A stretch of 64,000 bases of DNA from a virus (IMGVR_UViG_3300028591_000101:90403-154402), one strand, 5' to 3'; counted from the first letter of the stretch, positions 31,076-42,143 are shown. Numbers and translations: made by a program. Notes: generated by a model not told the origin, from the letters alone.

Positions 31076-32528
31076 ATTTCCAGTTCAAATAGTTTTCAAG
31101 TTCCTTTGACGAGAAGGTGTAATAACCTCCAGATTTATATTTTCCAAGCATCTTTACATAGTTCATAAAGTCTTGTGTTTCAAGGGCTTTCAGACCTTCC
31201 TGGTGCTCTGTGAGTATATAGAGACCACCGTATACACCAGTGCCAGCAGGAGCCTCAACGGGTTTAACATCATCAAGTGTCTTAATGAGGCTCTTGATTG
31301 CCCATTTCTCTTTCCACGTGTCGTTTATCGCCTGTGTCCTACCGAAAGCATACCAAGGCTCGGTTGTTGCCCGCCCTTCAAGTTTTTCCTTGTGCTCGGT
31401 CAACGTATTCAATATCACCTCGTCAATTTCATTTTCATTCATCAGCTTGCCGGTTTTAGAATACGGGTAATAGCACCATTCCTGTTTTCCCGTTGATGAC
31501 TTGATTACCGGTATGATGTTCCATGGCCGCACAGAATGATAAACTCTATGGGTTTCCCGTTTATCTTTTGGAATAAACACGTCGTCAGCCAGTGTAGCAA
31601 AACCGTTCTTTACTTGGAAAACCTTATCCTGTCGCTTTGTACCCTTTCCGTATTCAATGATTTCCCGCATCTGCATAAGCTGACCAGGCGTTCCGAAATA
31701 GAACTTCCCGTCAATGTTCATATCGTTAAACGGGACATAAGTCACACCTTGCCAAAATCCGTCATCATCGGCAGTTCTTTCCATAGTGACATGTTTGACA
31801 GCATCCACTTTTTCTTTTCCGAAAATTGTGATTGCCACGTAGGTAGTCGCGTTTTCAAAAAGCTGGTAGTGTCCGTAATCCTCAATATATTCAAGGTTCC
31901 GGTTTTCAATGACATAATCTCTCATCTTTTGACCCGCCAATGAGGTTAACCATGAGGAAGGTGTAATATAGCACATCTTACCGGTCTCGTTCATCATTCG
32001 GAAACCAAGCTCATAGAAAGCGAGGTATATGTCCTTCATTCCCTCCGTAGTAAAAGTATAACCAGACAGGTCACATTCAAGGTCGTGAGTTCTGATATAA
32101 GGCGGATTTGCGATGACAAAATCCATCTTTCCGTCATAATCGTGACAGGAAAGAGCGTCACGGTTTTGTATGTCCCACTTTACGTCTTTAATTCCATCTA
32201 GAGCTGCAACCCGGTCAAGTCTCTCAATACATCTCTGGTATTCAACGGGGTCAAGTTCAATCCCATGGATATAGGTTTCCAGGAGTTTCTTAATCTCCTG
32301 TTTGTTTCTTCTGGTTGTTACACTTACGTTGTGGATATAAAAATCTACGATAAGTGCCAGGAACGCCCCATCGCCGCAAGAGTTGTCTATTATATGTTTC
32401 CTTGCATTCGGCCAATAGACGCGACCATTTTCATACACCAAGTTATCCCACCCGAGTATATCGTGCAACATTCTGTCTGCGGTGTCTTTCGGCGTGAATA
32501 TCTTACCGTCTTTTTTCTTCTTTCCCAT
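31056..32528 (-). CDS. N6-adenine DNA methyltransferase (Eco57I/TaqI-like), apparently orphan
   Basis: IFTP, DNSCGDGAFL motif I, ANPPY motif IV, YITPSSW, FENATTY. Confidence 0.85.
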   Translation of the reverse strand: MGKKKKDGKIFTPKDTADRMLHDILGWDNLVYENGRVYWPNARKHIIDNSCGDGAFLALIVDFYIHNVSVTTRRNKQEIKKLLETYIHGIELDPVEYQRCIERLDRVAALDGIKDVKWDIQNRDALSCHDYDGKMDFVIANPPYIRTHDLECDLSGYTFTTEGMKDIYLAFYELGFRMMNETGKMCYITPSSWLTSLAGQKMRDYVIENRNLEYIEDYGHYQLFENATTYVAITIFGKEKVDAVKHVTMERTADDDGFWQGVTYVPFNDMNIDGKFYFGTPGQLMQMREIIEYGKGTKRQDKVFQVKNGFATLADDVFIPKDKRETHRVYHSVRPWNIIPVIKSSTGKQEWCYYPYSKTGKLMNENEIDEVILNTLTEHKEKLEGRATTEPWYAFGRTQAINDTWKEKWAIKSLIKTLDDVKPVEAPAGTGVYGGLYILTEHQEGLKALETQDFMNYVKMLGKYKSGGYYTFSSKELENYLNWKYGKETD

Positions 32529-32578
32529 ACATTGGTAATATACAAATTTTTAAGGTAAAAAACAAAAGAACCGGGTTA

Positions 32579-33385
32579 TTACCCGGCCCCTTCCTTTGTT
32601 TTGACTAAAAGCATCTTTTTTGTGTATTTCCTGCCCCAAACACTGGTAGAATATTCAACGATTATGTTGTTCGGGTCGGTCTTGTCGTCAATAGAACTGT
32701 CCACAATGTCAATCGGCGCTATTCCGTGGTGATTGATATTGACATAGGCTAGTGCGCATATAAGCGAGTCACAGGCATCGTAGTTCTCCTTTTTAAGTTC
32801 CCCGTTCTTGTCCAGAATCCATGGAATTTCAGGATAAACCTCGTTGACCATGTTCATCATGACGCTCTTCTTGTCAATATCAAAAGGATAAGCGCCGAAA
32901 AGCACAGGATGGTTGTCCCTGATTGCCTTCTTGACATGGGAAAGTGAATATTCTTCACCCTTCTTGTTGAATTTTCTCAAAGCGACCAGCTCCGGGAACG
33001 AATATGTCCTGGCATCGTATGAGGAAATGAAACTCGGAACAACACCAAGGTTACGATACACCGATTCCGCTATCATACCGTTGAAACGGAGCAGTGTCGC
33101 CACGGTATTCACATTATTGGATGACAGAAGCGGTTCCTCAATGACCACATCCGTTATTCCATACCCGCTGAGGGTCTTTATGAATTCATCTTCAAATATT
33201 TGCTTACGAATAAACAAGGCCTCAATTCCCTTTATCTTCTTGGGTACCTTCGGGGTCTTATGCGTGAGTATTTCAATCCGTGGCAGGTCGGTTTTCCCCT
33301 CATCTACAACAAGACAGGCACCGATACAGGCCGTGCTTATGTCAAGACCGAGAATAACCCTTGGATATACAGTATTTTCTTCCAT
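32579..33385 (-). CDS. RuvC-like Holliday junction resolvase
   Basis: ILGLDISTACIG, VVIEEP, NYDACDS acidic triad. Confidence 0.75.
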   Translation of the reverse strand: MEENTVYPRVILGLDISTACIGACLVVDEGKTDLPRIEILTHKTPKVPKKIKGIEALFIRKQIFEDEFIKTLSGYGITDVVIEEPLLSSNNVNTVATLLRFNGMIAESVYRNLGVVPSFISSYDARTYSFPELVALRKFNKKGEEYSLSHVKKAIRDNHPVLFGAYPFDIDKKSVMMNMVNEVYPEIPWILDKNGELKKENYDACDSLICALAYVNINHHGIAPIDIVDSSIDDKTDPNNIIVEYSTSVWGRKYTKKMLLVKTKEGAG

Positions 33386-33478
33386 TTTTATACTATTCTT
33401 TATTCAAAAGATAGCTAATTGTTTGGAATAAATCAAGTTTTTTTGTACTATAGTCTTGTATAGTTTATTGTTTTAAGT

Positions 33479-33949
33479 ATGCCGCATAAAGTAGAGATAA
33501 GCGATAAGACATATGAAGATTTGAAGGAATTCTGTAATTTGAATAACCTTAAAATCGGACAATTTGCGGATAAGTTGATTCGTGACGGACTTATGATAGA
33601 AATGTATGGGGATGTACCGTTTACAAACTACAAGAGACCGGCGCAAGACCAAGTAGAGGCGGTAAAAACAGTCATGGTGAAGTTAAAAGAGCAAGAAAAC
33701 CCAGAAGCGGAAGCCGAAATTATGGACTCTGGTGATATCATGTTTGGAAACCAGGATGATGTTGCTGAGGCGATTGATAAGGAGACAAAAGACCGCATGA
33801 TTGAGGCAATGGAAAAGGTTGAAGCAGAGCATCCACAGACCTATATAACAAACCAAGAGGGAGAAAAAGAAATTCAGAAAGAAATGCTCAAACAACTTGG
33901 TGTACCAGACAAAGTAGTTAACAAAATAACCAGAAGAAGACTTAAATAA
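33479..33949 (+). CDS. Hypothetical protein (ribbon-helix-helix-like N-terminus)
   Basis: KVEISDKTYEDLKEFC start; coupled to next gene. Confidence 0.6.
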   Translation: MPHKVEISDKTYEDLKEFCNLNNLKIGQFADKLIRDGLMIEMYGDVPFTNYKRPAQDQVEAVKTVMVKLKEQENPEAEAEIMDSGDIMFGNQDDVAEAIDKETKDRMIEAMEKVEAEHPQTYITNQEGEKEIQKEMLKQLGVPDKVVNKITRRRLK

Positions 33950-36330
33950 TGGCGAAAGCAAAGAAAGAACCGGAGAACACGAACAGTTATTGGTATGAGA
34001 TGCCAGTCCTGCCAACCCAGACAATCACAAAGGAGCAGGAGAAGAGCATCATAGCCAAGATTGCCAAGAAACATAATGTTCCTCCGGCAAAGGTAAGATT
34101 TAGCACAAAGAAAATTTACCCTGACGGCGTTTCGGGTCAGGATACGGCCCTTAATGCCGAAATGATTAACAACATCAAGGACCCGAAATTCCAGCAGCAG
34201 CTTTTCAAGGAGTATATTGAGAAGAACGGTGTCAAGGATTACAATTGGGATGAAATACTTAACATTGATTCCCGTGTCAATGCTCTGATTAACTATGATG
34301 CATACGAAAAGAGCCGCCGTTTCGTCCTGAGATATGCGAAGTGGAAGAACTTCCTGTCTTATGGTGAGAACAATTTCTTTGACTTCACGAAGCTCAGCGG
34401 TCTCGTCCACCTTAAAGGCGACCCGGCAAACAAGAGTGGTAAATCAACTTTTGCTTACGACCTTATTCACTTTGCGCTGTTTGGTAAGACCCGTTCCGGA
34501 AAAGCCGACAAGCAGAGCGAAATGTTCAACAACTACCTTCCGAACGAGAGAGAATTGTTCGTGGAGGTAGGTATTACCATTGACGGTGAGAACTATGTCA
34601 TTAGAAGAACCCTCACCAAGCCGGACCCGAAGAAGAAGACCAAGACCATCAGTAACAATGTGGCCTACTATCGTGTCAATGGCGACGGACAGGAGGAAGA
34701 ACTGAACGAGTCCGACAATATGCAGGATGTTTCCACTACGAAGACCACCAAGGCAATCAAGGAGGCCATCGGCAGCGAGGAAGACTTTGACCGCATCATT
34801 TCGGCTAACGCAAAGGACCTTGACGAACTTATCTCAATGAAGGATACTGACAGGGGACGTATCCTTTCAAGATGGATTGGTTTGCTTCCACTTGAAGAAA
34901 AGGAGCAGAAAGCCAAGGATATGTGGGCTAAATCATGTGTTGGCCGTCTTTGTGATATGTACGACCGGGAAACACTTAGGTCGGACATTGAAGCCATCAA
35001 GGAAGAGAACATCGCCAGCGCACAGACAATTGAGGCTAACAGGGAGAAAATCCAGGAAACAAAGAAACTCCTGGAAAGTGACAGCAAAAACAAGGACATC
35101 CTCCTATCATCCAAGCAAAAAGTTGATGATGAACTACTTAATGTAGATGTGACCACTATTGAAACAAGAATGAATAAGGTCATAGAGGATGGAAAGAAAA
35201 ACAACGAGACCCTTGCGACCCTTGAAAATGAAGTGGCTGAAATCGGTGAAGTTGAGTATTCTGACAGTCAGTACAAGTCCTTGTCATCCAAGAAAGACGC
35301 TCTTACCAATGAAATTGCTGCGTTAAAGGCCGAAATGGGAAATAAGAAGAAGGAAGCCCAAGCTCTTGCAAATGACGAGTATTGCCCTACATGTCACCAG
35401 AAATGGCCGGATAGGGATAACTCCAAGGCAATTGCAAAGCTCCAGGAAGAGTTCGCTGAGGATTACCAGAAGGGTCTCCAATTAAAGGCCCAGAAGGACG
35501 AGATTGAAGCCGCAATGAATGCTCTTGAAGATGCCCGTGAGAAGTATCTTGCAAAGGCCCAGAAGGAAATCAAAATCGGGGCGTTGAAGAACAAGAGAAC
35601 CACCCTTCTTACTGAATACAACAAGCTCAAGAAGATTGCCAATGACTATAAGGACAATAAGGACATCATTCTGAGGAACAACCAGATTGATGCCCAGGTC
35701 AATGTCCTAAAAGTCAATATTGAGTCCTATAATACCACCATCCATCGTCTTGAAAGTGAAAATGTTGCATCTCAGAAAGATATTGACACGAATAATGAAA
35801 CTATCAGGCAGAAAGAATCGTATATTAAACGCATTGAACAAGAAATTGAGCTTGAAAGGACTTGGAGGCTGTATCTGCAGATGGTCGGTAAGGATGGAAT
35901 CTCAAAGATGGTTCTCCGCAATACAATCCCTACCATCAACTTGCATCTTGACGAACTTCTCTATGATGTGGCCGATTTCAAGGTAGAGGTGGAAGTCAAC
36001 GAGAAGAACGACATTGAGTTCTGGCTTGTCCGAGACGGTGTTAGAACCAGGCTTGCAGGTGGTTCCGGACTTGAAAGAACCGAGGCCGCACTTGCCTTAC
36101 GAGTTGTTCTGGCTAACATGTCCAACCTGTCAAGACCTCCATTCATTGTGCTTGACGAAATCCTTGGTAGTGTTGCGTCAGAGAACTACGAAGACATGAA
36201 GAGACTTTATGACAAGATTGTCCTTGAATATGACTTCGTCCTCCATATCTGTCACATTGACCTTGATTGGTATGACAAGACAATTCTGGTGACGAAAAAA
36301 TCGAATATTTCAACCATATCAGTGGATTAA
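33949..36330 (+). CDS. SbcC/Rad50/T4 gp46-like recombination ATPase
   Basis: KNFLSYG, NKSGKST Walker A, CPTC zinc hook, GSGLE signature, IVLDE Walker B. Confidence 0.9.
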   Translation: MAKAKKEPENTNSYWYEMPVLPTQTITKEQEKSIIAKIAKKHNVPPAKVRFSTKKIYPDGVSGQDTALNAEMINNIKDPKFQQQLFKEYIEKNGVKDYNWDEILNIDSRVNALINYDAYEKSRRFVLRYAKWKNFLSYGENNFFDFTKLSGLVHLKGDPANKSGKSTFAYDLIHFALFGKTRSGKADKQSEMFNNYLPNERELFVEVGITIDGENYVIRRTLTKPDPKKKTKTISNNVAYYRVNGDGQEEELNESDNMQDVSTTKTTKAIKEAIGSEEDFDRIISANAKDLDELISMKDTDRGRILSRWIGLLPLEEKEQKAKDMWAKSCVGRLCDMYDRETLRSDIEAIKEENIASAQTIEANREKIQETKKLLESDSKNKDILLSSKQKVDDELLNVDVTTIETRMNKVIEDGKKNNETLATLENEVAEIGEVEYSDSQYKSLSSKKDALTNEIAALKAEMGNKKKEAQALANDEYCPTCHQKWPDRDNSKAIAKLQEEFAEDYQKGLQLKAQKDEIEAAMNALEDAREKYLAKAQKEIKIGALKNKRTTLLTEYNKLKKIANDYKDNKDIILRNNQIDAQVNVLKVNIESYNTTIHRLESENVASQKDIDTNNETIRQKESYIKRIEQEIELERTWRLYLQMVGKDGISKMVLRNTIPTINLHLDELLYDVADFKVEVEVNEKNDIEFWLVRDGVRTRLAGGSGLERTEAALALRVVLANMSNLSRPPFIVLDEILGSVASENYEDMKRLYDKIVLEYDFVLHICHIDLDWYDKTILVTKKSNISTISVD

Positions 36331-36357
36331 GAAATAATAGTGTAACAAACTTAGGAT

Positions 36358-36531
36358 ATGACAAGAGAGGAATTAGTAAATGGGCTCAAATATATTGTCA
36401 AGAAATGTGACTTGCTCATAAACAACGACAAGTATGAGGCAGATGATTTTACACAAGATAATGTGGAAGATATTGCCGAACTCTGTAATCACATTCTTGA
36501 TGGAGATTATGGTGAACTAATTGAAGACTAA
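36358..36531 (+). CDS. 57-aa acidic hypothetical protein (not in ORF track)
   Basis: MTREELVNGLKYIVKKCDLL...GELIED fills the gap between co-oriented genes. Confidence 0.55.
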   Translation: MTREELVNGLKYIVKKCDLLINNDKYEADDFTQDNVEDIAELCNHILDGDYGELIED

Positions 36532-36575
36532 GCTTATGACTGAAAGCAGAAAATAAAGGATAAGAGTTATGGGTA

Positions 36576-37286
36576 ATGTTAAAAAAGCAAAAGATTGGAA
36601 CGGAGCACGATAAGAGTGTAAATACCTATTTTAATGAGGTTGCAACTTATAAGCCCCTTTCAAGAGACGAGGAGCTTGAGTTGTGGCGGAAATATAAATA
36701 CAATGGGGATATGGGGGCAAGGGATAAGCTCATTTCCTCAAATCTTAAGTTCGTGGCCAGTATTGCAAAGCAGTACCAAGGTCGCGGACTTTCGTATGCT
36801 GACCTGATTGCAGAGGGTAACATCGGTCTCATGAAAGCACTGGACAAGTTTGACGGGGAGAGAGGCTACAAGATAATCAGTTACTCGGTATGGTGGATAA
36901 AGCAGACGATACTTGAAGCCCTGGCAAAGAGAAACACCTCTGACGACGAAGACCTACCGTGCGATTACGAGAAGCCTCTGGCAACCGATGACGATGATTA
37001 TCGGGCAGAGATGGGAGACGATACCTTCCTTAATGACGGGTTGGAAAGAAATAAGGAAATGGAGCAGTCAGAAGCCATCAAATTTCTTATGGACTATCTG
37101 AATCAGCGGGAAAAGAACATAATTACGAAATATTATGGTCTTGACGGCAATAAGCCGAAGACGCTGGAAGAAATCGGGATGGAGTATGGACTTACGAAGG
37201 AAAGAATTCGACAGATTAAGAATACGTCATTCAAAAAGATGAGAAGTGTTGCACTGGCTACTGGTATGACAGCCAATGTATTTTAA
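36576..37286 (+). CDS. Phage sigma-70-family RNA polymerase sigma factor
   Basis: Region 1.2 (PLSRDEE), region 2 (SNLKFVASIAKQYQGRGL..DLIAEGNIGL, YSVWWIKQ), region 4 (TLEEIG..TKERIRQI). Confidence 0.9.
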   Translation: MLKKQKIGTEHDKSVNTYFNEVATYKPLSRDEELELWRKYKYNGDMGARDKLISSNLKFVASIAKQYQGRGLSYADLIAEGNIGLMKALDKFDGERGYKIISYSVWWIKQTILEALAKRNTSDDEDLPCDYEKPLATDDDDYRAEMGDDTFLNDGLERNKEMEQSEAIKFLMDYLNQREKNIITKYYGLDGNKPKTLEEIGMEYGLTKERIRQIKNTSFKKMRSVALATGMTANVF

Positions 37287-37332
37287 GATATTTTATTGAA
37301 AACTATTTATAAAGGATAATAACAAACTATTT

Positions 37333-37842
37333 ATGGCTACAACGAAGAAGGATAAAACCGCCACAGAAACAATCAAGAAGGCGGCAACATCAAAGAAGAC
37401 TACCAAGAAATCTGCAACGATTGAGCAGATTGAGAAGCTTGAAAAGGCTCTTGAACAAACGAAGGAAGAAGACGTGTTGAATTTGCTTCCGGAAGATGTT
37501 AAAGCGGATATTGAGTCGGATAAGGCGGAAGCTGAAAATTTTGAAAACCCTAAGGACATTGATTTTGATGCTGAAGTAAAGAAAATATTTGAAGACACAA
37601 CGCCATCCGACGAAGTAAAAGAACAGGTTGATGAATTTGAGAATGGAAAAGAGGAATTCAATAAGAAATTAGAGAAAGAACCGGAAAATGCGGAAAAATT
37701 GGTCCGCGAAGAGCTTAAACGTGTTGAGGCACTTAAGAAGAAAACGGAAGCCATGAGGGCCGCAATACAAAAAGAGAATAAAAGGTCGTTTGGAAGCGAG
37801 GGGTTTACCAATTGGTGGAACGGTTCAAGCAACCTATATTAA
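37333..37842 (+). CDS. Charged hypothetical protein
   Basis: 169 aa ORF after CTATTTATA motif. Confidence 0.65.
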   Translation: MATTKKDKTATETIKKAATSKKTTKKSATIEQIEKLEKALEQTKEEDVLNLLPEDVKADIESDKAEAENFENPKDIDFDAEVKKIFEDTTPSDEVKEQVDEFENGKEEFNKKLEKEPENAEKLVREELKRVEALKKKTEAMRAAIQKENKRSFGSEGFTNWWNGSSNLY

Positions 37843-37868
37843 ACAATAAAGACAAACAATTTTGACAC

Positions 37869-38396
37869 ATGAATACCAGAGAAGACGATGTAACAAGAAA
37901 CATGCTTGATAGAATTAGGGCTATCAGGGGAAAGGCCGCAGGAACTGGCTGGGGCATCATAAAGGAAGAAAGGGAATCCGAAGATGAAAAGCCAAAGAAA
38001 ACCGATGCGATTGCGATTACCGATGACCCTAAATTCGGAACAAGAGTACTTTCAAGCCAAATTGAATCTTTCCGCATGCAGGTTGAAAGTGGAGCGCAGT
38101 TTAATGAAGCTAATCCGGATAAGGTTAGCGACAGCCCGCTTATCTTCATGCCTGAGACGAAGAATATGGTATTCAGTGGTACCATTCCTGCATTGAACAA
38201 TCTTAAATGGCAGTTTGTTCTTGAAACGAATACCGGAAGCGGTTGTTTCGTTTGGGCTGACGGTCTCATCGTAAACAAGGATAACATCCAGACTTTAAAC
38301 AAACTCTACGGTTTTTATGAAAATTGGCGCGAGCAATGGCGGTCAGAAGCTGCAGATTTAGACCGTATGGTACGTAATATTAAAGAAAATTCTTAA
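37869..38396 (+). CDS. Hypothetical protein
   Basis: 175 aa ORF. Confidence 0.65.
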   Translation: MNTREDDVTRNMLDRIRAIRGKAAGTGWGIIKEERESEDEKPKKTDAIAITDDPKFGTRVLSSQIESFRMQVESGAQFNEANPDKVSDSPLIFMPETKNMVFSGTIPALNNLKWQFVLETNTGSGCFVWADGLIVNKDNIQTLNKLYGFYENWREQWRSEAADLDRMVRNIKENS

Positions 38397-39349
38397 ACTT
38401 TTATTATTTCATTAAGTAAAGTGGCGGTATCAAAAAAGGTATCGCTATTTTTTTGTACATTTTCGTGGGTATAATATAACAGTTTAATCCCGTGTTCTTC
38501 ACATAGTTTCTTTTTAATGTTATCCCTGTTTTTTACAACCGAAAAAAACTCTTCAGGACTGATTTCCCCGCCAAAACTGGTCGGAAAATAATGTTGCACG
38601 CCTTGACATTCAATCGCAATTTTTTGGTCTGGCAAATAAAAGTCAAGTGAAAGATTGGCTATATATTTTAGCCACTCAAAGGTTTTTTGGTATTCAAAGT
38701 TTATTCTGGCTTCGGTTAATATTTTTAACATCTCTGACTCAAGATGGCTTTGGCTACATTTTTTACAACCCCACCCATGTAAATGGTTCCCTGGCCGTTG
38801 CCAAAATTCGCCATGAACCGGGCAAATTATGCAAACCTTTTCTTTATCATTTATATATTCTGTTTTTGAATAGTCATATTTATTGCCATGCACGTTTCTT
38901 GCTGCACGAATAAACTCCTCGGTAGTTTTAGCTTGTCTGCGCCCATTTTCTTCGTTCGCACATAATCTACACCCCAACCCGTTCATGTGATTGTTTGCTT
39001 TCTGTTCAAAAACACCATGAACCGGACAGATGATTTTTACTTTGTGTTGGGAATCGACATAATCAACCAATGAGTAGTCGTACTTATGATTATGTTTTTC
39101 GTTCGCCACACGTATAAAATCTTCCTTTGTATATTTGTATTTTTTTGATACGGTTTCTCTACCACATTTATAACATCCAAACCCATGCATATGATTGTTT
39201 GGTGTTTGTTCAAAAACACCGTGAATTGGGCATATAATTTTTACTTTAATGTCTTTCCCATGATATTCAACCAGGGAATAATCATATTTGTCGCCATGTA
39301 TAGCTCTACTCCTTTCAATGAATTCTTCTTTTGTAAGTTTTTTAGGCAT
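38393..39349 (-). CDS. Zinc-repeat PD-(D/E)xK endonuclease, paralogue of 27348-28499
   Basis: Three CPxHGxFxQ repeats, LDFYLP...IECQGVQH; antisense insertion. Confidence 0.75.
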   Translation of the reverse strand: MPKKLTKEEFIERSRAIHGDKYDYSLVEYHGKDIKVKIICPIHGVFEQTPNNHMHGFGCYKCGRETVSKKYKYTKEDFIRVANEKHNHKYDYSLVDYVDSQHKVKIICPVHGVFEQKANNHMNGLGCRLCANEENGRRQAKTTEEFIRAARNVHGNKYDYSKTEYINDKEKVCIICPVHGEFWQRPGNHLHGWGCKKCSQSHLESEMLKILTEARINFEYQKTFEWLKYIANLSLDFYLPDQKIAIECQGVQHYFPTSFGGEISPEEFFSVVKNRDNIKKKLCEEHGIKLLYYTHENVQKNSDTFFDTATLLNEIIKV

Positions 39350-39521
39350 AGTATTTTATCTTTACTAATAAATAGTTTATTTTTCTCAAAAGTTGTGATA
39401 GTATCCTAAAAAAATGTATATTTATAATAGCTAATTTATCATTAGACGTGATTGGGGATTTCGCAAGAAGTCCCCTTTCTTTTTACCGTTGGGTGACTAT
39501 TTATATACGAATAATAGTATT

Positions 39522-39785
39522 ATGGCAGGTAAGAAAGTCATAGTTAACGAAAGCCAAATGCAGCAACTTGTGGTTGAAGAAATCATGAGTAAAGCTGATA
39601 TTGCAGCACTTGGCGATAACAGAGATTTTAAAGACGCTGTAAATAAGGCTCTTAAGAATAATCGTGATGCGGATAAGGAGCTTGAAAAGAAGGTTCGCAA
39701 GATTGTGGCCGACTCCGTTAAGGTTCTTTTCCGTGGATTATGGGAGAGGAATAATTTTTGGACAGGACTAATAAATAACCAATGA
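39522..39785 (+). CDS. Hypothetical protein (probable head-internal)
   Basis: KVIVNESQMQQLVVEE motif. Confidence 0.6.
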   Translation: MAGKKVIVNESQMQQLVVEEIMSKADIAALGDNRDFKDAVNKALKNNRDADKELEKKVRKIVADSVKVLFRGLWERNNFWTGLINNQ

Positions 39786-40777
39786 AGTTAAGTGAAGCAA
39801 CATATTTCCCTGATGCAAAAGAGCTTACACGGCACGGATTCGTTTCCCACATGGAAGATTTCATCGGGAAACTGATTGGTGAAAATCCTTTAAAGGCTGA
39901 TGTTGATGATTATCTTAAAGGATTTGATATAGACGCCCCGAAAGCCCTTGAAATGCTCACAAAGCCTGAGATTGAAGGGTTTCCAGAGTCTGCTGTTGTT
40001 GTCAAGACAGAACGCATCAAGAACGGAGGCTATGATGAGAATGGAAAGCCCATGAAGGATGAATTCCAGGTGATTTACAGGGTTCCGAAGAAGGATATGG
40101 CCAATGGAATCAAAGGAATTGACGAAAAGCTCAGAAACCTTTATATTAAGTTGTTTGAGAATCATATTGTTGAAGGAACTGTCCTGAATGAGGATGGCGA
40201 AGGTGGCGATGCTGGTGGTTTCATATCTGGCGGTGCTGATAATGAGGGTGCTGGAGCTGCTGGTGGCGGCTACGTAACAAATGCCCTTGGAAACGGAAAG
40301 ATTATGAGACGTACGATTTATAACAACAAGTACCAGAACGAGTCTAAGAAAATGAAGCGTCCAATTGGTAGACTTACAATGTTCATTACAGAAGAACAAA
40401 TGGAACAACTCGCACAACTTATCAAAGAAGACGAGTTCGACGGAGGAGCCCTTACAACCAGTAATGTTGGTGTTGATGGACCGAATGACTGGCAATATGA
40501 TGCCCCATTTGGTGCAAAGAGCAAGAATGACCCAGCAATGGACCACAAAAATATACTATCCAGAAAGAGCAAGGCCAATCAGCCGGTAGGACATATCGGA
40601 GAAAGCAAAAGTGGAATTCATATTGACCCGGAAAATAAGGGAAAATTCAATGCAACGAAGAAAAGAACCGGGAAGTCAACCGAAGAATTGACACACTCAA
40701 AAAATCCTTTAACAAGAAAACGCGCCATATTTGCTCAAAACTGTAAAAAATGGAGTCACAAGAAAAAGGAGGATTAA
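39782..40777 (+). CDS. Hypothetical virion protein with basic C-terminal module
   Basis: LNED/ITEEQ motifs; C-terminal SGIHIDPENKGKF...SKNPLTRKRAIFAQN. Confidence 0.6.
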   Translation: MKLSEATYFPDAKELTRHGFVSHMEDFIGKLIGENPLKADVDDYLKGFDIDAPKALEMLTKPEIEGFPESAVVVKTERIKNGGYDENGKPMKDEFQVIYRVPKKDMANGIKGIDEKLRNLYIKLFENHIVEGTVLNEDGEGGDAGGFISGGADNEGAGAAGGGYVTNALGNGKIMRRTIYNNKYQNESKKMKRPIGRLTMFITEEQMEQLAQLIKEDEFDGGALTTSNVGVDGPNDWQYDAPFGAKSKNDPAMDHKNILSRKSKANQPVGHIGESKSGIHIDPENKGKFNATKKRTGKSTEELTHSKNPLTRKRAIFAQNCKKWSHKKKED

Positions 40778-40779
40778 CA

Positions 40780-41055
40780 ATGAAAAAGACATTTAAAATA
40801 AACGAGAATGACCTTCGTAGAATGATTACCGAATCTGTTAAGGGTGTAATCATGGAAATGAATGAAGGTGGTGGTTATGATATGAGTACCCCAGAAGGAA
40901 GAAGAGGTGCGGAAGATTGGATGCGTCACATAATATCCCAGGGGGACCCAGCAGAAAATGCAGCAATGGAATGGGCCCAAGAAAACGGGCTTGATGGGGA
41001 CGAAAATATAATCAGGGCTTTCACCGCTGGAGTTGAGTACGGAAGAAATTGCTAG
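40780..41055 (+). CDS. Hypothetical protein (probable head-internal)
   Basis: KINENDLRRMITESV motif. Confidence 0.6.
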   Translation: MKKTFKINENDLRRMITESVKGVIMEMNEGGGYDMSTPEGRRGAEDWMRHIISQGDPAENAAMEWAQENGLDGDENIIRAFTAGVEYGRNC

Positions 41056-41056
41056 A

Positions 41057-41272
41057 ATGAATAAGAATATATACGGTTACGGGAACCCATACAACCCAGA
41101 AGCGCTCAGAGACCTTGACAAGATTAAGAAAGAGGTTGAAGAGGAACTTGAAAAAGACGAGCCGGATAGGGAAAAGATGCTGGAGTTGAAGCAGAGGGAA
41201 ATGTTGAAAGGAATGGAACTCCTATCAGGTTCATTGAATGGAAGAACACATCGCGGGCTTTATCCGTGGTAA
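41057..41272 (+). CDS. Hypothetical protein
   Basis: ORF between co-oriented genes. Confidence 0.55.
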   Translation: MNKNIYGYGNPYNPEALRDLDKIKKEVEEELEKDEPDREKMLELKQREMLKGMELLSGSLNGRTHRGLYPW

Positions 41273-41300
41273 AAGATAAAAATTATAGATACTATAAGAC

Positions 41301-42128
41301 ATGAAAACAATGACCTACAAAGTGAGCGATTTAAAGGCGCTTATCGCGGAAAGCTCAAACGAGTTCAAGGCAAAACTTGGGCCTGGTGTTGAGAGCGGAG
41401 ATAAGGCTAACAACGGCAAGGCTTACAAGGACGCTGAAAAGCGAGCAAAGGACTATGATGGGGGACTTGCCGACTCCATTGAGGTAGCAAAGTACGACAA
41501 AACCAAGGAAGGTGATGACAACAGAACCACCCTTGATTACGAAGTTGACAATGTTGACCAGAAGTACAAGGACCGCATCAAGGCCCAGGCGGAAGGCTAT
41601 ACCAGTGTTGCCGAGAAGGAAAACGGTATAGAGAAGCAGGGCGACTTTGAGGGTAATAAGGACATTTTCAAAGGCATTACGGACGATGCTGACGCTTGGA
41701 AGGAGAAGATGGTTAACGCCAGGGCTTCCGGTCTCGCAGCACGTACTTATGACAAGGAAAAGACTTTCAAACACGGTGACCTTTACGAGAACAAGAACGT
41801 CAAGACCGCCTATTTCAAGAAGACCACATTCCTTACAGAGGGTCACATGATGTCAAGAATCCCGGACGAGTTCAAGGTTGAGGAAAACGTCTTTAGGATG
41901 AAGGACAAGACCGGCAATGAATATCTTCTTGAATGGAAGAACGGAAAGGCTGAAATCATTTCCCACAGCAACAAGCAGGGAATGAACGAGTCAATTGAGA
42001 GGATGAAGGCCCTCTACGGTTATAAAGCAAGTGACTACTACAAGAATACTACAACAGCAAGCCGTTTGGCCGAAAGTAATGAAAGCTTTACTGATACGTT
42101 AGATAAGGCTAGAAAAATAATTAAATAA
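41301..42128 (+). CDS. Hypothetical protein (probable head-internal)
   Basis: 275 aa; KVSDLKALIAES, LYE, MNESIERMKAL motifs; strongly biased codons. Confidence 0.65.
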   Translation: MKTMTYKVSDLKALIAESSNEFKAKLGPGVESGDKANNGKAYKDAEKRAKDYDGGLADSIEVAKYDKTKEGDDNRTTLDYEVDNVDQKYKDRIKAQAEGYTSVAEKENGIEKQGDFEGNKDIFKGITDDADAWKEKMVNARASGLAARTYDKEKTFKHGDLYENKNVKTAYFKKTTFLTEGHMMSRIPDEFKVEENVFRMKDKTGNEYLLEWKNGKAEIISHSNKQGMNESIERMKALYGYKASDYYKNTTTASRLAESNESFTDTLDKARKIIK

Positions 42129-42143
42129 GGTACAGTAAAAGTT

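Noticed and set aside
31056-33385. Restriction-modification pair (methyltransferase plus adjacent nuclease)
   Set aside because: The neighbour has RuvC resolvase motifs rather than a restriction-enzyme signature; the methyltransferase is treated as orphan
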